Positions 36,195-44,463 of a DNA stretch of 64,000 nt are shown here, piece by piece. The stretch spans positions 96,001 through 160,000 of IMG/VR virus record IMGVR_UViG_3300003690_003472. The stretch is one strand, 5' to 3'. This DNA comes from a virus. The first letter of the stretch is position 1. The number at the start of each line of letters is the position of its first letter. A program made the translations under genes and the position numbers. The notes beneath the pieces are model-generated. The model did not search any database. It saw nothing but the letters and a program-made list of their open reading frames with translations, and was not told the origin of the DNA.

Positions 36195-36494
36195 ATGCCA
36201 AAAATTTATCAAGCCCACTATAAAGATCAAGACAAAGCTTGGAGGATTCACAACGCCTCTAAAACGCTTATTCTTGTAGAGGCCAAGAAAGTGGCTAAAG
36301 CTTTTGGTAAAGAAGTAAAAGTGGATGTATTAGAAATGGATAAGCCTTCAATAAAATATCTTATTGAATTAATGAATGGTCGCAAACCCAATTCTAGAAA
36401 ACGAATATGTTCTTTTATCCCAAAAGGCAGACCAACTGTAAAAACAATTAATGGCGAAATTAAAAAAACATGGAAAGTAAAGAAGAAAAAGTAA
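36195..36494 (+). CDS. Basic hypothetical protein
   Basis: GGAGG RBS and its own promoter. Confidence 0.6.
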   Translation: MPKIYQAHYKDQDKAWRIHNASKTLILVEAKKVAKAFGKEVKVDVLEMDKPSIKYLIELMNGRKPNSRKRICSFIPKGRPTVKTINGEIKKTWKVKKKK

Positions 36495-36655
36495 TAATAT
36501 TATATTCTCGTAACGCAAATAGGCGCAGAACTTGAAGATGAGAAACGTCTGTAAGGTAATAAAGATATCAACAATTGGGCTAATATTAGTTTCAACTGTT
36601 GTTACTATAATGGTGGCAGCAGCACCATTTTTACTTTGGGATTGTATAAAGAAAA

Positions 36656-36663
36656 ACTACTTA
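36656..36663 (+). promoter_or_regulatory. Candidate late promoter ACTACTTA
   Basis: 7 nt before ATG 36671, no SD. Confidence 0.45.
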
Positions 36664-36670
36664 TAATAAG

Positions 36671-36991
36671 ATGAACATCACAATAAAAGCAATTAAAAAA
36701 ATACAAGAAATGGCCACTAAACAAAATTTAACAAACTATGGTCTACGAATTATGGTAGTGGGCGGCGGTTGTTCCGGTTTTAGTTATAATCTAGACTTTG
36801 ATGACACTAGGCAACCCAACGACTTTGTTTTAGAAGAAGATGGACTCAATATTTTTGTTGATCCTATGAGTTTTCAATATCTTGATGGTACAAAAATTGA
36901 TTATGTCGAGTCTTTTATGGATACTGGGTTTCATTTTGAGAACCCTAACGCCACAACCACTTGTGGTTGCGGCTCCTCTTTTGCTATATAA
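36671..36991 (+). CDS. iscA: A-type Fe-S carrier protein (IscA/ErpA/HesB)
   Basis: VVGGGCSGFSY, YLDGTKIDY, F.NPN...CGCGSSF. Confidence 0.92.
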   Translation: MNITIKAIKKIQEMATKQNLTNYGLRIMVVGGGCSGFSYNLDFDDTRQPNDFVLEEDGLNIFVDPMSFQYLDGTKIDYVESFMDTGFHFENPNATTTCGCGSSFAI

Positions 36992-36998
36992 TAAACTA

Positions 36999-37265
36999 AT
37001 GCTAAAAATACACCATCGAATGTTTCCTTGTTATTTTATTTGGAAAGATCCAGAAAAGAGCTTCGAGACCTTAAAGTCACACATTCTTAAAGATATTAAA
37101 GAAAATAATTTTGATAGTTATGTTTTTGAAGAATATCATGATGAAAAAAAGCACTTAGAAACAAAAAACAAGCAGCTTCAAAAACATATTGAATTATTAA
37201 CTCTAGAGTTAGACACTCTTAAAAAGAAAAAGAAAAAAAAGAAAGACAAAAAGGTTGACACTTAA
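36999..37265 (+). CDS. Hypothetical coiled-coil protein
   Basis: 88-aa ORF from ATG 36999. Confidence 0.45.
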   Translation: MLKIHHRMFPCYFIWKDPEKSFETLKSHILKDIKENNFDSYVFEEYHDEKKHLETKNKQLQKHIELLTLELDTLKKKKKKKKDKKVDT

Positions 37266-37283
37266 ATCTAAATAGGGTAATAT
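37255..37283 (+). promoter_or_regulatory. sigma70-type promoter for the two CAU tRNAs
   Basis: TTGACA-N17-TAATAT. Confidence 0.75.
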
Positions 37284-37296
37284 ATTACTATGATTT

Positions 37297-37369
37297 ACTC
37301 TCGTAGCTCAGTTGGTAGAGCAAGCGGCTCATAACCGCCCGGTCGTAGGTTCAAGTCCTACCGGGAGTA
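37297..37369 (+). tRNA. tRNA with CAU anticodon, probably Ile2 (lysidine), otherwise elongator Met
   Basis: ACTCTCG/CGGGAGT acceptor with C4-G69. AGCGG-CTCATAA-CCGCC anticodon arm. GTAGG-TTCAAGT-CCTAC T arm. Confidence 0.88.
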
Positions 37370-37374
37370 CTTAT

Positions 37375-37446
37375 TGCGGGTTAGAGTAGTGGTTACTCAC
37401 AAGTTTCATAAGCTTGTTTAGGTGGGTTCGATTCCCACACCCGCGA
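37375..37446 (+). tRNA. Initiator-like tRNA-Met(CAU)
   Basis: TGCGGGT/ACCCGCG acceptor (U1-G72), A11-U24, CAAGT-TTCATAA-GCTTG, GTGGG-TTCGATT-CCCAC. Confidence 0.82.
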
Positions 37447-37461
37447 CTTTAAAAGGACTAA

Positions 37462-37803
37462 ATGAAAATTTTAATAGGAGTCGTACTTTTCACCATTGGA
37501 AACATTCTTGCATGGTTTCAATTTAATTCTCAGTTTGTTTGGGGATGGTGGAAAGATAAGCCAATACTACCTAATCTTATTTTTGCCATTCCTATGGGCC
37601 TTTGTTTTTGGTATGCTATTAAATATATCATGGAAGATACAAATCTTTTATGGACTTCTAAGCTTATAGGTTTTGGTGTTTCTAATATTGTATTTGCTAT
37701 TTTGACCTACCTTCTTTTAAAAGAAAGTATATTTGCTCCCAAGACTTTGATTTGTTTACTTTTGTCTGTTGTTATTGTTGGAATACAAGTAGCGTGGAAA
37801 TAA
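37462..37803 (+). CDS. Four-helix membrane protein (SMR/DMT-like)
   Basis: 113 aa with four hydrophobic segments. Confidence 0.5.
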   Translation: MKILIGVVLFTIGNILAWFQFNSQFVWGWWKDKPILPNLIFAIPMGLCFWYAIKYIMEDTNLLWTSKLIGFGVSNIVFAILTYLLLKESIFAPKTLICLLLSVVIVGIQVAWK

Positions 37804-37818
37804 ACAATGAAATCACCC

Positions 37819-37848
37819 TTGACATATCCACTTTAAAAATGATAGAAT
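37819..37848 (+). promoter_or_regulatory. sigma70-type promoter for the helicase operon
   Basis: TTGACA-N18-TAGAAT with TG extension. Confidence 0.65.
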
Positions 37849-37870
37849 ATAATTCTGGAGAATTATAATA

Positions 37871-39232
37871 TTGAATTATAATGAACAAGAAGATTTTTCT
37901 CAATTTGGAAAATCTTTTCAAGAAAATATGTGTCAACTAATTCTTTATGATCGTGCTTTTGCTGATCAAATAAAAGAAGTGCTTAATATAAACTTTCTTG
38001 AATTAAAATACCTTCAAGTGTTTGTCAGGCGTGTTTTTTCTTATAAAGAAAAGTATGGAATTCAGCCTTCCAATTCTATAATGACTACAATTCTTCGAAC
38101 AGAAATTTTAGAAGAAAACGAATTAGTCCAAAAACAAGTGCGTGATTTTTTTGCACGCCTAGTCAAAACAGAGGTACAAGATGCTGAATACATAAAAGAA
38201 ACTTCAATTGATTTTTGTAAAAAACAAGTACTAAAAGAGGCTATTTTAAAATCAGTTTCTTTGCTTAAAAAATCATCTTTTGAAGACATTCAAAAGTTAA
38301 TTAATGAAGCAATGAAGCTTGGGAACGATTCTGATTATGGCTATCACTATATTAAAGACTTTGAGCGCAGATTTGAGATAAAAGCTAGAAATCCAATAGC
38401 CACTGGTTGGAAGGTTATTGATGACCTGAACAAGGGTGGCCTTGGAAGGGGTGAGCTTGGTGTAGTAATTGCTCCTACGGGTGCTGGTAAATCCATGGCC
38501 TTAGTACATATAGGAGCACACGCAGTTAAAGAAAATAAAACAGTTATTCATTATACTTTAGAATTGGCGGATACAATAGTTGCATCTAGATATGATAGTT
38601 GTATTACCGGAATTCCCTTGAGAGAAATTTTCAATAAAAAAGATGAAGTTTATGAAGAAATTAAAGACTTCGAAGGGCAATTAATCATAAAAGAATATCC
38701 TACTAAATCTGCAAGCGTAGACACACTTCGTAATCATTTAGAGAGGTTGCAACAACGTGATATTTTTCCTGAAATAATTATTGTAGATTATGCAGATTTA
38801 TTACGTTCAAAAGACAAAAAAGATGAGAAAAGACACCAATTAGAATCTATTTATGAAGAGCTAAGAGCAATTGCTCAAGAGTTCAAATGTCCTATTTGGA
38901 CAGCATCTCAAACAAACAGATCTGGTCTAAATGCAGAAGTTATTACAATGGAATCAATATCGGAAGCTTTCAATAAGTGCTTTGTGGCAGACTTTATATT
39001 TTCAATTTCACGCACTATTCAACACAAGAATAGTAATAGTGGAAGAGTTTTTATCGCTAAAAATAGAAATGGACCAGATGGCATAGTGTATCCCATTTTT
39101 ATGGATCCTGCTAATGTTAAGATAGATGTGCTTCCTCAAATTGAAACATTTGATGAGGTTAAACAAAATGAAATTAAAAAACAAGAAGAAAGATTAAAAG
39201 AAAAGTACAAATATTACAGGAAACAAAGGTGA
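37871..39232 (+). CDS. Replicative helicase (DnaB/gp41 family)
   Basis: IAPTGAGKS, YTLEL, IIKEYP, IIVDYADLL, WTASQTNR, KNRNGPDG. TTG start with GGAG. Confidence 0.92.
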   Translation: MNYNEQEDFSQFGKSFQENMCQLILYDRAFADQIKEVLNINFLELKYLQVFVRRVFSYKEKYGIQPSNSIMTTILRTEILEENELVQKQVRDFFARLVKTEVQDAEYIKETSIDFCKKQVLKEAILKSVSLLKKSSFEDIQKLINEAMKLGNDSDYGYHYIKDFERRFEIKARNPIATGWKVIDDLNKGGLGRGELGVVIAPTGAGKSMALVHIGAHAVKENKTVIHYTLELADTIVASRYDSCITGIPLREIFNKKDEVYEEIKDFEGQLIIKEYPTKSASVDTLRNHLERLQQRDIFPEIIIVDYADLLRSKDKKDEKRHQLESIYEELRAIAQEFKCPIWTASQTNRSGLNAEVITMESISEAFNKCFVADFIFSISRTIQHKNSNSGRVFIAKNRNGPDGIVYPIFMDPANVKIDVLPQIETFDEVKQNEIKKQEERLKEKYKYYRKQR

Positions 39233-39236
39233 TTAA

Positions 39237-41096
39237 ATGACAGAAGTGGCAACACAAATATTATCTGATATTACTGTTCATATGAAATATGCGCGCTACC
39301 TTCCAAGAAAAAAGAGACGCGAAACTTGGTATGAATTAGTTACGCGAAATAAAAACATGCACATTAAAACATACCCTCAATTAAAAGAAGAAATTGAAAA
39401 AGCTTATAAATTCGTGTATAATAAAAAGGTGCTTCCATCGATGAGGTCGATGCAGTTTGGAGGAAAGCCAATTGAAGTTGCACCAAATAGAATATTTAAT
39501 TGTGCTTATTTACCAGTTGACGACTGGAGAGCATTTAGTGAAATAATGTTTTTATTACTTGGAGGCACTGGTGTGGGATATAGTGTTCAGAGGCACAATG
39601 TCGAAGCGCTTCCAGAAATACAAAGACCCAACGAAAAACGAAGTCGCAGATTTTTAATTGCAGATTCTATTGAAGGGTGGGCAGATGCTATAAAAGCTTT
39701 AGTAGGGAGTTATTTTAAAGGAGGCTCCAAAGTTAGATTTGACTACAGCGATATTCGAGAAAAAGGGGCACCTCTTTTAACTTCTGGTGGCAAAGCCCCG
39801 GGCCCACAACCATTACGCGAATGTTTGGTTAAGGTTGAGGGAATTTTAAATGAAAAAGAAGACGGCGATCAATTAACATCCATTGAAGTGCATGATATTG
39901 TTTGTTATATAGCAGATGCTGTATTGGCTGGAGGGATTCGAAGAGCCGCACTAATTGCACTATTTAGCGCCGATGATGAAGAAATGTTGGCAGCAAAAAC
40001 TGGAAATTGGTGGGAAAAGAATCCGCAAAGAGGCCGAGCAAACAATTCTGTTGTTTTGATGCGTCATAGAATTACAAAAGAATATTTTGATGAATTATGG
40101 GAAAGAGTAAGAGCTAGCGGCTCAGGAGAACCGGGCTTTTATTTTACAAATGATAAAGATTGGGGCACGAATCCCTGTTGCGAAATTGCTTTACGCCCTT
40201 TTCAATTTTGTAATTTAACAGAAATCAATACTAGTGATCTTTCTTCTCAACAAGAATATGAAGAAAGAACCCGCGCTGCAGCTTTCATTGGCACTCTCCA
40301 AGCTGGATATACAGATTTTCATTATCTTCGCGATGTTTGGCGCAGAAACACAGAAAGAGATGCTTTAGTCGGTGTTAGCATGACAGGAATAGCGTCTGGT
40401 AAAGTATTAAAATTAGATATGAAACAAGCTGCAAAAATTGTGAAGGAAGAAAACAAACGAGTAGCAGAAGCAATTGGCATTAAACAAGCAACAAGAACTA
40501 CATGTGTTAAGCCAGCAGGCACAACCTCTTTAACTCTTGGCACCTCTAGCGGAATTCATGCTTGGCATAATAAATATTATATTAGACGTGTTCGTGTTGG
40601 AAAAAATGAAGCTATTTATAAACACTTAAAGAAGCATCATTTAGATCTAATAGAAGATGAATTTTTCAGACCACACGACACAGCAGTAATTGGCGTGCCA
40701 CAAATGGCACCATATGGAGCTATTACTCGCCATGAACGAGCTACCGATTTGTTGGCAAGAATTAAAAAAGTGAGCGAAGAGTGGGTTAAACCAGGACATA
40801 GGCGAGGTCAAAATACTCATAATGTTTCCGCCACTATTAGTATTAAAAATCGTGAATGGGATGAAGTAAGAGAGTGGATGTGGGAAAATCGTGCTTGCTA
40901 TAATGGTTTAAGTGTGTTACCATATGATGGGGGCAGTTATAAGCAAGCTCCCTTTGAAGATTGCAGCCGCGAAGATCATGAGCGATTAAGCGAAACCCTA
41001 AAAGAGGTGGATTTAACTCGCGTAATTGAAACGAGCGACGAAACAGATTTAACTGGTGAATTAGCATGCGCAGGTGGCGCGTGTGAAATTACATAG
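39237..41096 (+). CDS. nrdJ: Class II (B12-dependent) ribonucleotide reductase
   Basis: FNCAY, GGIRRAALI, TNPCCEI, CNLTEIN, VKPAGTTS, C-terminal CAGGACEI. Confidence 0.92.
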   Translation: MTEVATQILSDITVHMKYARYLPRKKRRETWYELVTRNKNMHIKTYPQLKEEIEKAYKFVYNKKVLPSMRSMQFGGKPIEVAPNRIFNCAYLPVDDWRAFSEIMFLLLGGTGVGYSVQRHNVEALPEIQRPNEKRSRRFLIADSIEGWADAIKALVGSYFKGGSKVRFDYSDIREKGAPLLTSGGKAPGPQPLRECLVKVEGILNEKEDGDQLTSIEVHDIVCYIADAVLAGGIRRAALIALFSADDEEMLAAKTGNWWEKNPQRGRANNSVVLMRHRITKEYFDELWERVRASGSGEPGFYFTNDKDWGTNPCCEIALRPFQFCNLTEINTSDLSSQQEYEERTRAAAFIGTLQAGYTDFHYLRDVWRRNTERDALVGVSMTGIASGKVLKLDMKQAAKIVKEENKRVAEAIGIKQATRTTCVKPAGTTSLTLGTSSGIHAWHNKYYIRRVRVGKNEAIYKHLKKHHLDLIEDEFFRPHDTAVIGVPQMAPYGAITRHERATDLLARIKKVSEEWVKPGHRRGQNTHNVSATISIKNREWDEVREWMWENRACYNGLSVLPYDGGSYKQAPFEDCSREDHERLSETLKEVDLTRVIETSDETDLTGELACAGGACEIT

Positions 41097-41106
41097 GAGG
41101 AAAATT

Positions 41107-41412
41107 ATGAACGCCAAAAATGTTATTTTAAGAGAAGTAAAAGAAACCGAACAGACAGAAGAAGAAAAGAAAGAACAATATGTTGTTAATTATCTTAAAT
41201 CGATGATTGCGCTTGAAGAGGCTATGGAGCCATTTAAAGAGCAGAAAAAGGATTTGCGACGAGAATACATTGAAAATGGATGGCTTTCAAAAGATGAAAT
41301 TTGGTCAGTCATAAAGGCTTTTCGTTTATATGAAAAAGGTGCAGACATGGATGATTTAAATGATATGTTTGATGCGATTGAACGAAGATTTGGAGAAAAA
41401 GATGTCTCTTGA
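41107..41412 (+). CDS. GapR/DUF2312- or T4 DsbA-like helical DNA-binding protein
   Basis: YLKSMIALEEAMEPFKEQKKDLRREY.ENG.L...VIKAFRL resembles the GapR helix pattern. Confidence 0.45.
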   Translation: MNAKNVILREVKETEQTEEEKKEQYVVNYLKSMIALEEAMEPFKEQKKDLRREYIENGWLSKDEIWSVIKAFRLYEKGADMDDLNDMFDAIERRFGEKDVS

Positions 41413-41695
41413 TCCCGGTTTACAGCCAATGAACCGGCACTTGTTAGTAGAAAAAATAGAAGAAAACATCAAAGAAGAAGAAGAAGATTCTTTAGTTTTG
41501 GTGCCAGATGATTATAAAATTGATAATCAATATGGCTTATATAAAATACTTAAGTGTGCAAAAGATTGTGAAAAATTTAATGAAGATTTTATTAGCCGTA
41601 GAGTTATAGTAGAAAATAGCATGGTTCAAAATATACCCCTTTGGGGTAAAACATACTATTTAATACTGGAGAACTATGTTTATGGAATTTATTGA
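41402..41695 (+). CDS. Divergent GroES/Cpn10-like co-chaperonin
   Basis: LQPMNRHLLVEKI ~ IRPLHDRVIVKR. SLVLVPD mobile-loop equivalent. C-terminal TYYLILENYVYGI ~ EVLIMSESDILAI. Confidence 0.65.
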   Translation: MSLDPGLQPMNRHLLVEKIEENIKEEEEDSLVLVPDDYKIDNQYGLYKILKCAKDCEKFNEDFISRRVIVENSMVQNIPLWGKTYYLILENYVYGIY

Positions 41696-41771
41696 AAAAA
41701 TACAAAAAAGCATAACAATCTTAAAGAAAAGCTTGACGAAAGAAAAATTTCATGGTTTTATTATAGAGGCA

Positions 41772-42419
41772 ATGAAAGAATATGAACTCATCAAAGAGAT
41801 GAGTTCATATAATAGGGTTCGAAGTCATATTGAAGAAGGCGAACCGTTTGTTATAATGTCGTCTGACAGACACGAGCGTACGCCTTCTGAAAACAGAGAG
41901 GCTTATAAACAATTTAAGTCAGATTTCCAGAGTGCTGGCTTTCCCTTCACAGAATTAAAAGGCGGTTTTAAGGAAACTACTCGATTTGAAACAGATCCAG
42001 AAACTGGCGAAGAAGTAGAAGTAGAACTAGAAGAGCCGGAATATGTTATTGAAAATAGCATACTTATAACTACACACGCTCGGGAAGATATTCCTGCAGA
42101 TAATACTGCCGAGGATTTATTTGATATTGCGATAGAAATATCTCAAAAATATGATCAGGAAGCTTTTATATTTGGCGAGACTGCTCAAACTGCACGAGGC
42201 ACAAAAACAAAAATTATTAATGCTTTTGATAAGACCGGTGCTGAGATACAGGAAAGTTGGGCCGGTCCATGGACCAGCGTTGAAACTGTTTCTAATGACG
42301 CTGATTTTTGGTCGAGAATAAAAGGAAAACACTTTCAATTGAAAGAGAATAAAAAAACGTCTCAACCAAAATCATGGATTGAAGCTATGAAAAAAAGTCG
42401 AAGTGGCTTAAAGTGGTAA
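41772..42419 (+). CDS. DUF3293-like phage protein with a short leader
   Basis: SSYNRV..H, IMSSDR...EN, AGF....GGFKE, ENSIL, KYDQEAFIFG. GAGG RBS before ATG 41772. Confidence 0.5.
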   Translation: MKEYELIKEMSSYNRVRSHIEEGEPFVIMSSDRHERTPSENREAYKQFKSDFQSAGFPFTELKGGFKETTRFETDPETGEEVEVELEEPEYVIENSILITTHAREDIPADNTAEDLFDIAIEISQKYDQEAFIFGETAQTARGTKTKIINAFDKTGAEIQESWAGPWTSVETVSNDADFWSRIKGKHFQLKENKKTSQPKSWIEAMKKSRSGLKW

Positions 42420-42455
42420 TAATTTATCTCTTAAGAATAAAGGAAAAATAAAATT

Positions 42456-42815
42456 ATGACAAATTTATTAGTTAATACAATAATTTCCACGTTTATAATG
42501 TGCGCACCCCAAGGTGACGTCGATGACAATTTTATTGACGAGGCATTTATGAACCATCCATTTGTTGAAGAATTTTTAAGCGCCAAGCATTGGCCAGAAG
42601 TACCAAATGTGTGGATAATTAAACAACGAAATATAATTGAAGAAAGAAATACATGTAATGATGTATCTGAAAAAGAAAAATGGGCTTCATTATGGTTAGA
42701 AGCATATTCATCAAAATCAAGCTTTAATAATAAATGTATACAAAAAAACTCTAGTTATAAGTTATTAAATATGTGGTACCGACATATTAAAGAAGCTGTA
42801 AGAGAGTGGCGATAA
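42456..42815 (+). CDS. Hypothetical protein
   Basis: 119-aa ORF with RBS. Confidence 0.5.
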   Translation: MTNLLVNTIISTFIMCAPQGDVDDNFIDEAFMNHPFVEEFLSAKHWPEVPNVWIIKQRNIIEERNTCNDVSEKEKWASLWLEAYSSKSSFNNKCIQKNSSYKLLNMWYRHIKEAVREWR

Positions 42816-43603
42816 AATTATTAAAATATCATTACGATGAAATTGTCATCGGCGGCAACTTAAACGCCCTCAGTTACTCCTATTTAAACGATACTCCGAT
42901 CATAATTAATAAATCAGAACCGCCTCATCGGTTTGAAGTATGCGATTCTAAAAGTTCGTTAGCACTCTGGAATAAGCTTTTTTTTGTTTTATCTTTGAAG
43001 GGGCTTAATTTAGTAGGTAATAAATCGAATTCAGTTAGAATTAAAGATGAAGAGATTGTAGTTTCCACCAAGGATGCAAGAGTGGTGAAATTTACTTATA
43101 AAAAAATTACAGTTTTTGATAATGAAAATACAACAGGACTTCCGCCAATTAAAGAAGAAAATGATCAATTTATTGTTTTAGATTGGATAACGGCTTACTC
43201 GTGTGAATTACATAGCCACAACTATATTAAAACTGATGATAATTTAGTAAATGAAATATACTTTTATCCCACGGAAAGAATGGATGGAAATCATTCAAAA
43301 ATAAAAGATATGGTAGCTCTATCTCACCTAAGTAAAAAACAATTAGAAGATTTTGAATATTCTGATACATATGTTAAGTTTAAAACTAAAAGTATTTTAA
43401 AAAATTTAGGTTTGCGCGGTATAAAGTGCGGCGGAGGAAAACGGCGCGCCCTATTGCTAGAAATAGAAAAAAGAGAAATTCGAAAGAAAAAGATGGATTT
43501 TTATGAAAACGCGCCAAATATCAAATTTCAATATAAAGCGCCAAAAGAAATAAATTATGATTTGTTTTTGGAGGATAAATGGTTGAAACCGGCCTCCAGT
43601 TAA
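42806..43603 (+). CDS. Protein with a degenerate Rossmann/FAD-binding N-terminus
   Basis: YDEIVIGGNLNAL ~ YDVIVIGGGPAGL. Confidence 0.45.
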   Translation: MAIKLLKYHYDEIVIGGNLNALSYSYLNDTPIIINKSEPPHRFEVCDSKSSLALWNKLFFVLSLKGLNLVGNKSNSVRIKDEEIVVSTKDARVVKFTYKKITVFDNENTTGLPPIKEENDQFIVLDWITAYSCELHSHNYIKTDDNLVNEIYFYPTERMDGNHSKIKDMVALSHLSKKQLEDFEYSDTYVKFKTKSILKNLGLRGIKCGGGKRRALLLEIEKREIRKKKMDFYENAPNIKFQYKAPKEINYDLFLEDKWLKPASS

Positions 43604-44463
43604 TTAATAGTTTTCACTTAGCTGGTATAGTTCCAGTTGCTGGTCAAAAATTAGATTTTGATTTTCCGTGGCACGATTGTTTACAGCCAATTGGTAAGGA
43701 TTATTTAGCTGTTGAGCGCGCCGTTTGGGAGTGCGCTTGTGCTGGGTGCGAAACAGTGTGGATCATTTGTCACGATGACATGCAACCTCTTATAAGATAT
43801 CGTCTAGGTGATTATGTTCAAGACCCCAAACAACACAACCTCACTAGAAAAACGTTTCCCAAGGAGCACGAGAGAACTATTCCTATTTATTATGTACCAA
43901 TTCACCCACGAGATAGAGATAAGAGAGATTGTTTGGGGTGGAGTATACTTTATGGTGCACTTACAGCTTATTGGTTAAGCAAAACACTCAGCAAGTGGGT
44001 AGTACCCAATAAATTTTATGCTGCATTTCCATATGGAATCTACGATCCAGAACTATTATTAACTTGGAGGTCCAAAATATCAAGCAAAAAACCATTTCAT
44101 GTTTCTTATGAAAATAAAACTATTAAAAATAATGAATATCTGGGATTTACTTTTGATGCAGAAGATTTCAAAGAAGCCCGCAGAATTATTAGAAAAGAAG
44201 GAACAGGAGAGTTTCCAGATTATAATGCAAGTAAAAGAATTCCAATAGAAAAAAGATGGTCGGCGCGGTTTTTTGAACTTGACAAAATATTTAAGTATGT
44301 TACAATGGGTGATATAAAACTTGAACTACCATGGTATTATAAAATAGACAATTGGGAAGGCTTGCAAGCTTATTTTAAAAGTGAGAAAAAGCTTGAGAGA
44401 CCACCCCGGGATATATTGGGATATCATGAGTGGAATTTAATTGGAGTAGATAATGAAAAGTAA
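43579..44463 (+). CDS. Degenerate sugar-phosphate nucleotidyltransferase-like protein
   Basis: LAGIVPVAG, LQPIG, AVWECACAGCETVWII, IRYRLGD follow the NTP_transferase N-terminal pattern. GxGTR and PK are replaced. Confidence 0.6.
   Translation: MVETGLQLINSFHLAGIVPVAGQKLDFDFPWHDCLQPIGKDYLAVERAVWECACAGCETVWIICHDDMQPLIRYRLGDYVQDPKQHNLTRKTFPKEHERTIPIYYVPIHPRDRDKRDCLGWSILYGALTAYWLSKTLSKWVVPNKFYAAFPYGIYDPELLLTWRSKISSKKPFHVSYENKTIKNNEYLGFTFDAEDFKEARRIIRKEGTGEFPDYNASKRIPIEKRWSARFFELDKIFKYVTMGDIKLELPWYYKIDNWEGLQAYFKSEKKLERPPRDILGYHEWNLIGVDNEK
44279..44306 (+). promoter_or_regulatory. sigma70-type promoter for dnaE (inside upstream ORF)
   Basis: TTGACA-N16-TACAAT with TG extension. Confidence 0.5.

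Noticed and set aside
36538-36675. Possible 45-aa membrane-peptide ORF upstream of iscA
   Set aside because: No RBS and no recognisable family. It overlaps the candidate late promoter. Not enough support.
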